32,000 nt of DNA from Cylindrospermopsis raciborskii Cr2010. Lineage in GTDB: Bacteria > Cyanobacteriota > Cyanobacteriia > Cyanobacteriales > Nostocaceae. This document shows, piece by piece, positions 22,205 to 31,746 of this stretch. Every line of letters begins with the position of its first letter. Position 1 is the first letter of the stretch. The notes under the pieces were generated by a model. The model made no database searches. It saw only the letters and a list, made by a program, of their open reading frames with translations, and had not been told where the DNA came from. The DNA is taken from NCBI RefSeq assembly GCF_003367075.2, contig NZ_CP065936.1, positions 1,830,001 through 1,862,000 on the forward strand. The letters are read 5' to 3'. The translations under genes were made by a program, and so were the position numbers.

Positions 22205-24727
22205 TTAAAAATCAAAGTCACTGGTGAACGAGCGGCGCATGGTATAAGAAAGGTGTTTATACTTCTTATGTTGAGATGTGCCGGGTAGTTTTTCGTTAAG
22301 GCGCAAGTAGACCTCTTGTCCATTGGCTTCATCCGCTTTGCGTGTTAGGGTGAAGGTGACGGAAATTTCCCTATCTCTGGGATTTTCTGATTCTAGGTCA
22401 AAGGTGAGGTCATGGGAGTCGGAGATCAGTTCCTCTGTCTGAGTATAGATTCCAGCTTGCAGAAACCGGGGGTGTACTTTTTCTGTAACTGCTTGTGTCT
22501 GGTATATAACTACAGTCAGTTGGGTGGCTGTGATAATAGAACTAGCTCCCCGGAGAATTTCCACTTCCACCATAGTGATATCACTGGTTCGCTTCTTGTG
22601 GATCTTCACAATAGGAATCACCACTTCTTGCAGGGAGGCGCCACCATGGACGTAACGACTTCCCGAACCTTTAAGACGGAGACGGTTGATTGATTTGGGG
22701 ATCTGCACTTCTAGTTCCCCTTGTAGACCAAGCTGATTGGAAGTAAATTTACGTAGGCTGGGGGTCTTTTTTAGTCCCTTACCCAGGACGAAGCGGCGGT
22801 TTTTAAACAGGATCTGTTCCCCCTGGGGTTCATCACTGGCAAAATCACTATCTTCGATCGCCCGTTTCTGGTAGATAAATCCGTGGTCTGCTGTTACCAA
22901 TATATTACTAGCATTTGCACTGGTTAGTTTCTTAATCAGCTTGATGAGTTGATCTAGGGTTTCTTCAACCGCATCAAAAACTCGGGACTCTGATTCTCGT
23001 TTATCACCTATGGCATCAATGTGGTTATGATACACATAGACCAAATCATGGTCACGGAAGAGTGTGCGACGATCGTCTGAGCTTAGTTCTCTTAGATCTT
23101 CTGCGGTTATGGCAGTGGCACGTTTGGAATGTCCGCGTTTGATTTGTTTTTTACGATTTTCGGTTCCCATGGAACTTTGAGAATCTACTAAAACCGAACC
23201 ATCATTAGCTAGGGCGAGAGTGCTATGGGGGAGTAAGGCAGCCATACCAAGCTGAGTATAGCTGGGGAGCATGGCCATGGCTGATTCTAGGGTGGCTTCG
23301 TAACGATCTTCTTGGCGGATTAAGCTGATCAGTTCATCACCAATTTCAAAGCGCAAAGCATCGGAGATAATTACAAATATTTTCTTATCTGTGTTGAGAA
23401 AGGGCAGTACCCAGTGGTGAAAAAATTTATTTTGGAGATAGATATATGGTGCAGACCAACTCGTAGTCTGATCAACCCATGATTGCCAGTGATCATTCAG
23501 CTTTAAGAGGTAATTGTTAGCGTAAAGGTTTTCTATCAAATCAACTAATCCTCCCATAAATGAACAGTCTGGGACTCGGCCTAGATGGTAGATAGTTTTG
23601 CGGTAAAGCTGGTCGATGCGAAACCATGATTTAGCGTATTTTTCCACCCCTTCAGCTAGGGATTCTATGGTAAAGCATGCCCTATCTAACTCCTGTATAA
23701 ACTTAGCTGCGGCCCCAACACATTCGTAGTAGTGTTGAAACTCTTCATACCAATGGCTTTGCTTGCGCCGCCATATCCACTGAGCAACATCACTACCAAG
23801 TAAAGTTCTCTGCTCCACACCGCGCACCAGTTCGCTCAATATTCTTTGGTCAATTAGGCGGAAGTAGTCCACATCGAGCAGTTCCCCAATCTCTCTTTCT
23901 CCTAGGTCATGTTCAATGCCAAGGTCTTTAGCACACCAGCTGGATAAAGTCTCGAAGGAATGTTGACATTTAATGCTATCCTTCCATCGTTTGAGAAATA
24001 CCACAGCGTCGGAGGAGAGGTTTTGAGTTCCTTTGGGGGTGGAGGCAAAGTTTTCAAAATAGCAGTAGCTGAAGAGTTGGAGAGCAAAATCCTTCATACT
24101 TGGTTTGGCACAGCTGTAACCATAGCAGTTCTTCATCTGCTCCCAAAAATACTGCTCTAGCTCGCACCGTACCATCAGGCGATATTTATCCCCAATTTGA
24201 CCTTTCTCATACTGGGCACAGTCACTAGAAAGCTCCCCTAAAAGTTGTTCCAGAATCGCTTCCAATCGTGAGTCCGACCCACAGCCGGTGCAGACAGCTA
24301 ACATCTTTAATTGGATTTGAGTGATAGTATCGTGGGATGTAATCAATCGTTTAAGCAACTCCCTCCGCTCAGAGGATTGGAAAAAGGCAATGTGACCTTG
24401 CACCAAATGGGTAAACTCCCTACTTAGTTCCAGTTCGGCGAGCCATAGAGAAGTCTGGTCAGCACGAAACTCTGTGTGGGCCAGTTGAACATCCAGCAAC
24501 CAGTTTTCTAGGTCAGGGGGTTGAGGTCCTTCTTGATAGAGTAGGAACTTACTTTTCGGTTCCTGGTGCAGGATACGGTACTTAACGGCGAACTGGTTGT
24601 TGGTAAGTTCTATTTTCTCTACACCACCCAAAAATTCCCGGACAAGTTCCGGTTTGGCATCATACCAGAACACAATGCGGTGTTTTTCAAAGAGTTTGGT
24701 GAGGGACTGGTTAATTCGGTTAATCAT
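22205..24727 (-). CDS. pglZ: BREX-1 type alkaline phosphatase-like protein PglZ
   Basis: 840 aa with KIFVIISDALRFEIGDELISLI, SYTQLGMAALLPH, VYHNHIDAIGD and ILVTADHGFIYQK. Confidence 0.93.
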   Translation of the reverse strand: MINRINQSLTKLFEKHRIVFWYDAKPELVREFLGGVEKIELTNNQFAVKYRILHQEPKSKFLLYQEGPQPPDLENWLLDVQLAHTEFRADQTSLWLAELELSREFTHLVQGHIAFFQSSERRELLKRLITSHDTITQIQLKMLAVCTGCGSDSRLEAILEQLLGELSSDCAQYEKGQIGDKYRLMVRCELEQYFWEQMKNCYGYSCAKPSMKDFALQLFSYCYFENFASTPKGTQNLSSDAVVFLKRWKDSIKCQHSFETLSSWCAKDLGIEHDLGEREIGELLDVDYFRLIDQRILSELVRGVEQRTLLGSDVAQWIWRRKQSHWYEEFQHYYECVGAAAKFIQELDRACFTIESLAEGVEKYAKSWFRIDQLYRKTIYHLGRVPDCSFMGGLVDLIENLYANNYLLKLNDHWQSWVDQTTSWSAPYIYLQNKFFHHWVLPFLNTDKKIFVIISDALRFEIGDELISLIRQEDRYEATLESAMAMLPSYTQLGMAALLPHSTLALANDGSVLVDSQSSMGTENRKKQIKRGHSKRATAITAEDLRELSSDDRRTLFRDHDLVYVYHNHIDAIGDKRESESRVFDAVEETLDQLIKLIKKLTSANASNILVTADHGFIYQKRAIEDSDFASDEPQGEQILFKNRRFVLGKGLKKTPSLRKFTSNQLGLQGELEVQIPKSINRLRLKGSGSRYVHGGASLQEVVIPIVKIHKKRTSDITMVEVEILRGASSIITATQLTVVIYQTQAVTEKVHPRFLQAGIYTQTEELISDSHDLTFDLESENPRDREISVTFTLTRKADEANGQEVYLRLNEKLPGTSQHKKYKHLSYTMRRSFTSDFDF

Positions 24728-25166
24728 AAATGCCCTCCAGCAGGTTAGAAATCGCTTCTGAGGAAGGTAATTGACCTTTTAGTTCCTTTATTCGGGGGAT
24801 AATGGCTTTTTCTAGTTCCCATGCAATTTCTCCAACCAGTGGTTGGAGTTTTTCATCCCCACTAAACTCCAGGTAATATTGGCGCATATACCAGAGATTT
24901 TGTACGGAAAACCCTCTGATACCGGGGAATTTTTCCTGGAGATCAGCAGATAGCCTTTCTACCACGGATTTCCCCCATCCACTATCTTTTTGTCGCTCCA
25001 CGATCATTTTGCCCATGTCCCAATATAATCCTACCAGCTGGGTATTTACGGCTTTGAGAGCTGCATACTGGGCTGTGCGAACTCGTTCTTTGACCTCTAG
25101 TAGGAGTTGGGAATACTCGACTGGAGATAGAGTTGATTGGATATCTTTCTTAGATTTCTCAGCCAT
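24720..25166 (-). CDS. DUF1016 N-terminal domain protein (YhcG-like), short form
   Basis: 148 aa with AVNTQLVGLYWDMGKMIVERQKDSGWGKSVVERLSADLQEKFPGIRGFSVQNLWYMRQYYLEF. It overlaps both neighbours and lacks the usual C-terminal nuclease-like domain. Confidence 0.75.
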   Translation of the reverse strand: MAEKSKKDIQSTLSPVEYSQLLLEVKERVRTAQYAALKAVNTQLVGLYWDMGKMIVERQKDSGWGKSVVERLSADLQEKFPGIRGFSVQNLWYMRQYYLEFSGDEKLQPLVGEIAWELEKAIIPRIKELKGQLPSSEAISNLLEGIYD

Positions 25167-26802
25167 TAGTCCTCCTCTTTTGTCTCCAATCCCGGGATTT
25201 TCTTTAAAGCTAACCCAAATTTTGGGTAATTTGCCTTGACACCGTCATCCAGGTCAATGTGGATTTGCTCTATGGCCAGGGGATAGAGGATCTCTCGTTC
25301 GTAGTCATCGAGCTCTTCGATTATGGTAGCAAGTTTGTTGATTTCTTTGACTGCTTTGGTTTTCTCTGACTGGGAGGCATCAGCACTTACTTCAACTCGT
25401 TTGAGGTGATTTTGACGGGCTTCTAGTTTGGCTCGGAATTCCCGCAGGTAATCGTTTAGCACTATACTGACTGTATCTGGGCGATAGCGGTGTAGGTAGA
25501 TGAGGGCGTTGAAGTTGCTTTTGGGGGAGGAGAAAAGCCAGTAGATGGGGCGTTTTTTGTAGCGTTTGACGTGGTCGTTGTAGAAGTCTTTGAGGAAGTA
25601 TTTGCGGATATCTTTGCCTAGGGCTTTTTCGATGAATTTTAGGTTTTCTTCGTAGTGTTGTTCACCAAAGGTAAGGCGCAGGAATTGGCGGAAGCGATCG
25701 CTCATATCGTCGGTGAACCATTGGCCATCGAGAATGGGGATAACGTTGGTTTTTGTGGGGGTAAAGGTGGGATTGGGGATTTGTTGGAGGTAGTCTGGGA
25801 GGGTTTCTCCTTGGTTGGCGAGGATGAGTCCTGGTTGGTCGAGGGAGTAGCGTCCAAACATGCACCCTACTGCGTAGGAGATGTATTCTTTAATGGTGTC
25901 GGCGAGGAGAAGGGTTTCTAGTTCTGTTTGGGGTTTGGTGTGGTCGTAGCGGTAGTGGGGGTTACAGGTGAGGGTGATTTCGTTCAGGGGAACTTCGGGG
26001 GTGAGTTCGTCTTGGAGTCCGTACGCCAAGATAAATATGCGGTTATTTTCTTCTTCTAGGCGTTGCATTTCTAGGGTTGTTTGCTGCCATTGATGGCGGA
26101 GTTTTTGGTAGGTGGTTTGGAGGGTGGGTTGGCGGTAGCTGGGGTCGAGGAGGGGGAGTTTGGTGAAGTCCCAGGAGGTTTCATAGGAGTCCCAGTCGCG
26201 CATCTCTACCAAAATTAAACTTAATGTTGTATTAATAACAGTATGCACTTGACTCACTATTATTGGCAGATCCCTCACATTTTTTATTTGCAGGTTCAAT
26301 GTAGGATTAAGTGTTTTATTCAAAACTCGTGCCACTTTGCTGTTCAAGAATGCTATTAAATACTCTAAAGGATGTTCATCCTTAATAAAAACAGTTGAAC
26401 CACCTTTATCAAAGGTCTCATCTTCTACAAGCAGACGGAAACTTTGTTTTGCTGATGTTATTAACGTCCAAGTAATACCTTTTCTGTACCAAAGATACTC
26501 TGCAATAATTCGGCAGCTTGGGTCTTGTCGATAATGTGTCCTTGCAGATTCAGACCAGTTGACTATATGCTCCCTATTCCCATACCATTTTCTGTAATCA
26601 CCACCTTTTGCATATGAAAGCCACTTTTTGTTTCTACCTATTAATGAAGCAGAAACCTCCCATGTATTTCTAACAAACTTGTCATTGTTAGCTGTTATGT
26701 TTTGCCCTTCAGAAATCGTCCATTCTTCCACCCGCTCTGAACTAAACGCATTTATGATATTTTCACTCACCCAATAGGCGATCGGACTCCCCGGAATCTT
26801 CT
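25166..26802 (-). pseudogene. pglX: BREX adenine-specific DNA methyltransferase PglX, 3' part (separated by IS insertion)
   Basis: KKIPGSPIAYWVSENIINAFSSERVEEWTISEGQNITANNDKFVRNTWEV...ITLTCNPHYRY. The listed ORF start at 26854 lies inside the IS. Confidence 0.9.
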
Positions 26803-26813
26803 TACAGCAGTTT

Positions 26814-27317
26814 TCATGTAAATAAACCACAATGATTGAACCAATTAAGCGCATCCTCTGCTGTAATATAATTTACTGCACTTGTCATGGCCTCATTTAG
26901 GGCTTCTAATGTTCGTGCCTCCCGACTACGGAGAAATTGCTTTAATTTTGACCAACACAATTCTATCGGAGATAAGTCTGGAGAATAGGGGGGTAAAAAC
27001 TTAACTTTTGCACCGACTGATTCAATTGACAATCTCACGCGCTCGGCATAATGAACCTTTAAATTATCCATAACAACAATAGCCCCTTTCCATAATTGAG
27101 GTACTAAAACCTGATTTACATAAGTGAGAAATACTTCTGTATTTGTGCTTCCCTCTACAGTCATTGCTGCCAGAATTCCATCCATATTTAAAGCCCCAAT
27201 CAGAGAAATATTTTTGCCCTTGTTTCCTGGTACGCTACCAATTGCTCTTTGTCCATCTTGGCTTCTGGCAAACAACCTTGACATCCCTAAATTTATCCCC
27301 GATTCATCTAAAAACAC
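26814..27317 (-). CDS. IS630-family transposase, C-terminal ORF (DDE catalytic domain)
   Basis: MFLDESGINLGMSRLFARS...VVMDNLKVHY...LPPYSPDLSPIELCWSKLK reads on the minus strand, which was confirmed from the sequence (GTGTTTTTAGATGAATCAGG). Confidence 0.93.
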   Translation of the reverse strand: MFLDESGINLGMSRLFARSQDGQRAIGSVPGNKGKNISLIGALNMDGILAAMTVEGSTNTEVFLTYVNQVLVPQLWKGAIVVMDNLKVHYAERVRLSIESVGAKVKFLPPYSPDLSPIELCWSKLKQFLRSREARTLEALNEAMTSAVNYITAEDALNWFNHCGLFT

Positions 27318-27393
27318 TAAATTTCTAATATCAACTGTATCTACCCAACGACGATAATCATGCCTTAATTCTTGAACACGTGGAGTCTCCTGT

Positions 27394-27762
27394 TCACTGG
27401 CATTTAGACTTTTTTTTATGACGTAGACCCAACTTTTCTAAGGCTCGATGCATGGTTGTGATACTAACACTAGTGCCCGTCGTTTCTCTCAGGCGATCGC
27501 ACAATTCTGAAAGTAGTAAATCATTTTTCTCATCCAGCCAAGACTTGATCATGTTTAAATATTGGCCTGCAATTACAGGCTTTTCATATCCTCCACATTG
27601 CTTTGGCTCAACTTGCCCAGTTTCACGATAACGACGTACTAAATTTCTCACAAATGATAAGCTGACCTTGAATCTTTCTGCCAACTGGCGTTGAGATCCC
27701 TCTTGAGCAACCCATGCTACAATCACGCGATTACGCAAATCTATTGAATAAGGTTTTGGCAT
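27394..27762 (-). CDS. IS630-family transposase, N-terminal ORF (HTH domain)
   Basis: MPKPYSIDLRNRVIVAWVAQEGSQRQLAERFKVSLSFVRNLVRRYRETG... Confidence 0.92.
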   Translation of the reverse strand: MPKPYSIDLRNRVIVAWVAQEGSQRQLAERFKVSLSFVRNLVRRYRETGQVEPKQCGGYEKPVIAGQYLNMIKSWLDEKNDLLLSELCDRLRETTGTSVSITTMHRALEKLGLRHKKKSKCQ

Positions 27763-27853
27763 ATAATTTGACAGTACTTCTACTCTATTTTAGTTTATTA
27801 CCCTTATTATAGCTTATCTTATTTTGTAGTTTAACTACATGAAAATTGCTGTA

Positions 27854-29691
27854 AAATCAGCAGCAGAAGCACGGAAAAACCAACCGCAATTGGGATTTTT
27901 AATGGCTTCACGAAGCGCAGACTCCTTCTCTCCTTCGGAGTTGCCATCAACTAAACGTACATAACTTCCTTTATATTCAGAATCATTGCTATTCGCTAAA
28001 ACAAAGGCAGTTGTGGATACAACCTCACCCCCAATACTGTCAAACCCTCTTGCGCCAAGATGGGCCATGGAAAGGAGAGTATCTTGACCCAAAATACCCG
28101 CTCGAAGTTTTTCAAATGAGGAGAGAAACATCCAACTCTGCATGGTTATCATCGCAACCAAACCGTGCTTTCTCGCAAGTTGCAGATTGCGCTCAATAAA
28201 CACAGCAAATAAATCCCCCTTGCTGTCAGGATAATTATCTTTAACCCACGCCCCCAACCTGCTATTCATCCCCTTCCCACCCATATAGGGGGGATTAGCC
28301 ACCACTACATGATACTTAGAACTCAAATAATCTGCCTGCTTTAACACTTGCAAAACCTTCTGATGGGTCTGGTAAAAAAGCAGTTGCCCAGAAACATTCT
28401 TCCCTTTCAACATGGCCACTATCCCTCCCACATCTGTCGCTGTGGGACGAATGAGAGAGCCAAAATTATCAGCCTCTTCAAACTCATGTAGGGTGCTTTG
28501 CACCTTATATGTAAACAGATCCCGCCCTATAAAATCCATGTACCTCTTTAGCTCATCCTTCTCAAATATCACCTTTTGTAATACGCAAATATTCGGTTGG
28601 AAAGGCTTACGCAAGAACCGCCGATATTTCTCCCGGGCCTTCATCACCAATGCAAACGCTGCCAACTCCCCTGCTCGTTCATCAATTTCCACACCATAAA
28701 GGTTATGGGTGAGAATCTTACCAGGAATCTCAGATGGTTCATAACCTTCCTCTTCATAAATGGCATACAGCAGCTCAAAGGCATATACCAATATATGTCC
28801 GCTACCGCAGGCCGGATCACATATCTTAATCTCCTCCGGATTTTCAATGGGGAGAAAATCAGATTCAGGTACTTCTGGTTTGATATAATATTCCATGCGC
28901 TCCACCAATGGAGAATGGGGACGATTCAGCATCCACAACCGACCCAAGGAATTTTCCACCAAATATCTAACAATCCAGTGGGGGGTAAAAAGCTGGGTCG
29001 CTGCGGGAATATTCTCTGGCGTAATCTTCTTATTCTTTTTTAATCCCTCAAATACCTCATCCTTCTTCTCCGAGATATAATACTGATACAACCATCCAAT
29101 CACCTCCACATCCTGACCAACATCAGGAGTCATAGCCTCACGGGTATAGGCGAGAATAGATTTCCCTGATAGCAAATCATCGGGTAACAACAGCTCAGTG
29201 TAATCTTGAATGCGCTGAAAAAGAAAAGGCATAGCTCCATGCCAGTAGTTACAAGCAGCTACCAGTAGGAGGCGATAGGCTTCCGTTTGTGGGTCTCGGC
29301 TGGTAGAAGTTCCGTTTAGTAAGGTCAAGACATGATTTCTAGTTTTAGCTATGGGCATCATATCCTCATCAATATGTCCCATCTTAGCTTCAGCCAAAAC
29401 CTCTGGTTGGAACTGTCCTTCCAAAGGGGATATAATGGCGGTGGTGGTGTAGCCATTTAAATCCATAAACCGCAGGGCACAGAATCGGTTAAACCAGATA
29501 TAAGCCACCTGCTCAATGACCTGTTGTTTTCCCTGTTCTTTAATTTGCTGTTCTAGCTTATCTACTGCTTCTGCGCTTTCGCGACGAGCTACACTGTCTT
29601 CAGCTATTATATGATTTAATTTACTAGAAACCTGTTCAATTAGGCTGCGACGGGCAAATTGGGCAAATCTTTTGAGTCTAGTTGTATCCAT
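27854..29691 (-). pseudogene. pglX: BREX adenine-specific DNA methyltransferase PglX, 5' part (interrupted by IS)
   Basis: MDTTRLKRFAQFARRSLIEQVSSKL start, ICDPACGSGHILVYAFELL SAM motif, VVVANPPYMGGKGMN catalytic motif. The frame enters the IS and stops at 27835. Confidence 0.93.
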
Positions 29692-29696
29692 ATATG

Positions 29697-30233
29697 TTAA
29701 TTTTCTCTCCTTTCAGTGCTTTGATTTAGGCGTGTGACGGGCCACCCGGGGAAAGTTTCGTTCCATGTCTCCAAATTGAACACTTGACAATTTTCTACTA
29801 ATTGTCGTCTCCATCGCGGCACAGTCTTACCCATAGGAGGGATCACCTTTCTTATTTCATCTGAAAAATTATCCAGTAATACTGCATCATCCAATGTTAT
29901 AATATTGAGGTAGTCCACTGGTTTGTGAATCTTTTCTTCCGCCCAGCGATACAAGAATGAATCAACAAATTTGTTTGCAAAAGTCCTGCTGAGACTCCCA
30001 TTTTTCAATTCTTCCCAAAACTTTTCCAACCCCTTTACCTGTGCTTTTGGGTTGCCAGGATCTTTAATCTCGACAAACACGATGCGCGTTTCAAACTCAA
30101 CCACGAAATCAACACGGTACATTTCGGCTACACCATGATAGTCTGGGAGTGTTTTATCCTTCATTTGATCAAAAATTAGTGCCTCTATTGCATCAGTAAA
30201 GTCAATTTCCAAATCTCCCTCTCTCACTTTCAT
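29697..30233 (-). CDS. Putative PD-(D/E)XK nuclease-like protein
   Basis: 178 aa with D42...E55-x-K57 in YRVDFVVEFETRIVFVEIKDP. 4-nt overlap with the upstream ATPase gene; ends 5 nt before pglX. Confidence 0.55.
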   Translation of the reverse strand: MKVREGDLEIDFTDAIEALIFDQMKDKTLPDYHGVAEMYRVDFVVEFETRIVFVEIKDPGNPKAQVKGLEKFWEELKNGSLSRTFANKFVDSFLYRWAEEKIHKPVDYLNIITLDDAVLLDNFSDEIRKVIPPMGKTVPRWRRQLVENCQVFNLETWNETFPGWPVTRLNQSTERREN

Positions 30234-31312
30234 TTGCCTAAATCCCCCATTTTTAGGTTTGCCTGTTGTTTGATAAGGTCGCTAAAGGTGTCGGCAATGG
30301 CATTTGGTGACATGCCTATGTAGTTATCTACACTATCTAGTTTGATGGTTCCAGATTCATCGTCACGGTAAAGAGTATGAAACAGAATATGATCCCCTTT
30401 ACTCTTGTCCATAAGTAAGTCAAACCACTTAAGTAGGACGTAATCATGGGTTGCCAGAATAATTTGCTGTCCATTGCGTGATAGCTCTAGCAAAATGGTA
30501 ACGAGACTTTTCATTAGTTTAGGATTCATGTTTGATTCGGGCTCATCCCACAACAGCAAACCACTAACACCGGGTTGAAGCGCTCCCGTTTCTAACAGAC
30601 GGTAAAGCATTCCAACTTTGCAAATACCCTCAGCTATAGAGTTAGCGGAGTATTCAGAATCCTCGGTTCTGAAGGTGACTTTGCCTCCTCCATAAAAAAT
30701 GAATCGACCACCGCAGATGGCTTTCAGCTCTTCCATGGCCCATTTGGATTTTTCGTGCAGGTTTTCTGGACGAATTTGGGGAAGGTCTAACAACAGGCAA
30801 ATATCTTGATAGGTCTGGTCAAAGGAGACTTGGTACATCTGGTACAAACTGTTAAATCCTTCCATAAAGGAGAGGACTTCTTTGGTGGGAAAGAAAACTG
30901 GTTTGGATTGGTATTGTTCCCAGCTATTTCTATCCTTGATCTTGATTTCCAAGGATTTAGATCTGGTGCTAAAGCTAACAGCTATCTGTTGATCATGGGC
31001 AAAGTGGGCTTCTAATGTGGCTTTTGCACCTCCACCGTGGTGACGCATTTTGTTTAACTTAGCATCTAAAGGCAAAAATAGGCGTAAAAGCTCAGGGGTA
31101 AGGGCGGAAGCAAGTTCCTTAACAAGTTCTTTGTCACTAATATGGGAATTGTTTTTGAATAGGGGAGCCACACCACTGAGGAAATAAGCAGCTTTGAGCA
31201 GATGGGTTTTTCCTGTGCCATTTTTCCCGATGATCACGTTGATCTTAGGAGAAAAATCAATTTTCACTTCGGTGAAGGCCATGAAGTTTTTCAGTTCTAA
31301 ATGTGTTATCAT
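30230..31312 (-). CDS. AAA family ATPase (AAA_15/AAA_21, RecF/SMC-like)
   Basis: 360 aa with MITHLELKNFMAFTEVKIDFSPKINVIIGKNGTGKTHLLKAAYF (Walker A), GLLLWDEPESNMNPKLM (Walker B) and QIILATHDYVLLKWF (H-motif). Confidence 0.9.
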   Translation of the reverse strand: MITHLELKNFMAFTEVKIDFSPKINVIIGKNGTGKTHLLKAAYFLSGVAPLFKNNSHISDKELVKELASALTPELLRLFLPLDAKLNKMRHHGGGAKATLEAHFAHDQQIAVSFSTRSKSLEIKIKDRNSWEQYQSKPVFFPTKEVLSFMEGFNSLYQMYQVSFDQTYQDICLLLDLPQIRPENLHEKSKWAMEELKAICGGRFIFYGGGKVTFRTEDSEYSANSIAEGICKVGMLYRLLETGALQPGVSGLLLWDEPESNMNPKLMKSLVTILLELSRNGQQIILATHDYVLLKWFDLLMDKSKGDHILFHTLYRDDESGTIKLDSVDNYIGMSPNAIADTFSDLIKQQANLKMGDLGK

Positions 31313-31339
31313 ATTTATGTTATTTTGTACCCATATCTC

Positions 31340-31505
31340 TTAGTTTTTTCTCGACTCAGTGCTTTGATTTAGGCATGTGATGTACCACTTGGAATACACT
31401 TATGTATTTGTCTACACTATCTAGTTCGATGGTTCCAGATTCAGCCTTATTGTGTAGGCTATGAAACTGTGTATAGTCCCTTTTACTGTTGTCTATAAGT
31501 AATTA
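31340..31505 (-). pseudogene. Decayed partial duplicate of the ATPase/nuclease pair
   Basis: 31342-31380 resembles the 3' end of the 178-aa gene (AGTGCTTTGATTTAGGC[A/G]TGTGA) and 31401-31500 resembles ATPase DNA at about 30317-30416. Confidence 0.8.
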
Positions 31506-31746
31506 AATGGAGAATTGGTACTTCTTGTCAATACCTCAGCCCAAAAAAGATTATGAAATGCTAGGACTGACCATTTAAAAAAAAAGATTTATTGGAAAGA
31601 CTAGTATTATGGACCGGGGCTTATTTTGTAGCTAGTTGTGGAGGTGTCAGACCAACTTAAAAAATATGTAGAGAATCAAGATTCCCTTGAACATTAGTTG
31701 TGCTTGTCTTATAGCGTTATAATGGATCGCTCTAGCATTCGGCGCA

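Larger units (their letters stand above)
26805..27851 (-). mobile_element. IS630/Tc1-mariner-like insertion sequence, about 1,047 bp, TA target duplication
   Basis: Terminal inverted repeats CAGCAGTTTTCATGTAAATAAACCACAA and CAGCAATTTTCATGTAGTTAAACTACAA, flanked by TA at 26803-26804 and 27852-27853. It encodes a DDE transposase. Confidence 0.93.

Noticed and set aside
22412-24748. Plus-strand ORFs 22412..22693, 23960..24160 and 24566..24748, plus minus 23902..24087.
   Set aside because: All lie inside pglZ in other frames; no motifs.
25655-25921. 88-aa plus-strand and 67-aa minus-strand ORFs within the pglX 3' part.
   Set aside because: Alternative-frame readings of pglX; low complexity of codons explains the openness.
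25166-26854. Treating the 562-aa ORF as a complete independent protein starting MRLIGSIIVV.
   Set aside because: The first 17 codons (to ...HENCC) are IS terminal sequence in a different frame from the transposase; native PglX sequence resumes at KKIPGSPIAYW.
28011-29080. Plus-strand ORFs up to 148 aa opposite pglX.
   Set aside because: Antisense to strongly conserved PglX sequence; no independent support.
31505-31740. A non-coding RNA or regulatory region upstream of the defence operon.
   Set aside because: Sequence is AT-rich with an A9 tract but I could not identify a convincing promoter, hairpin-terminator or conserved RNA structure by eye.
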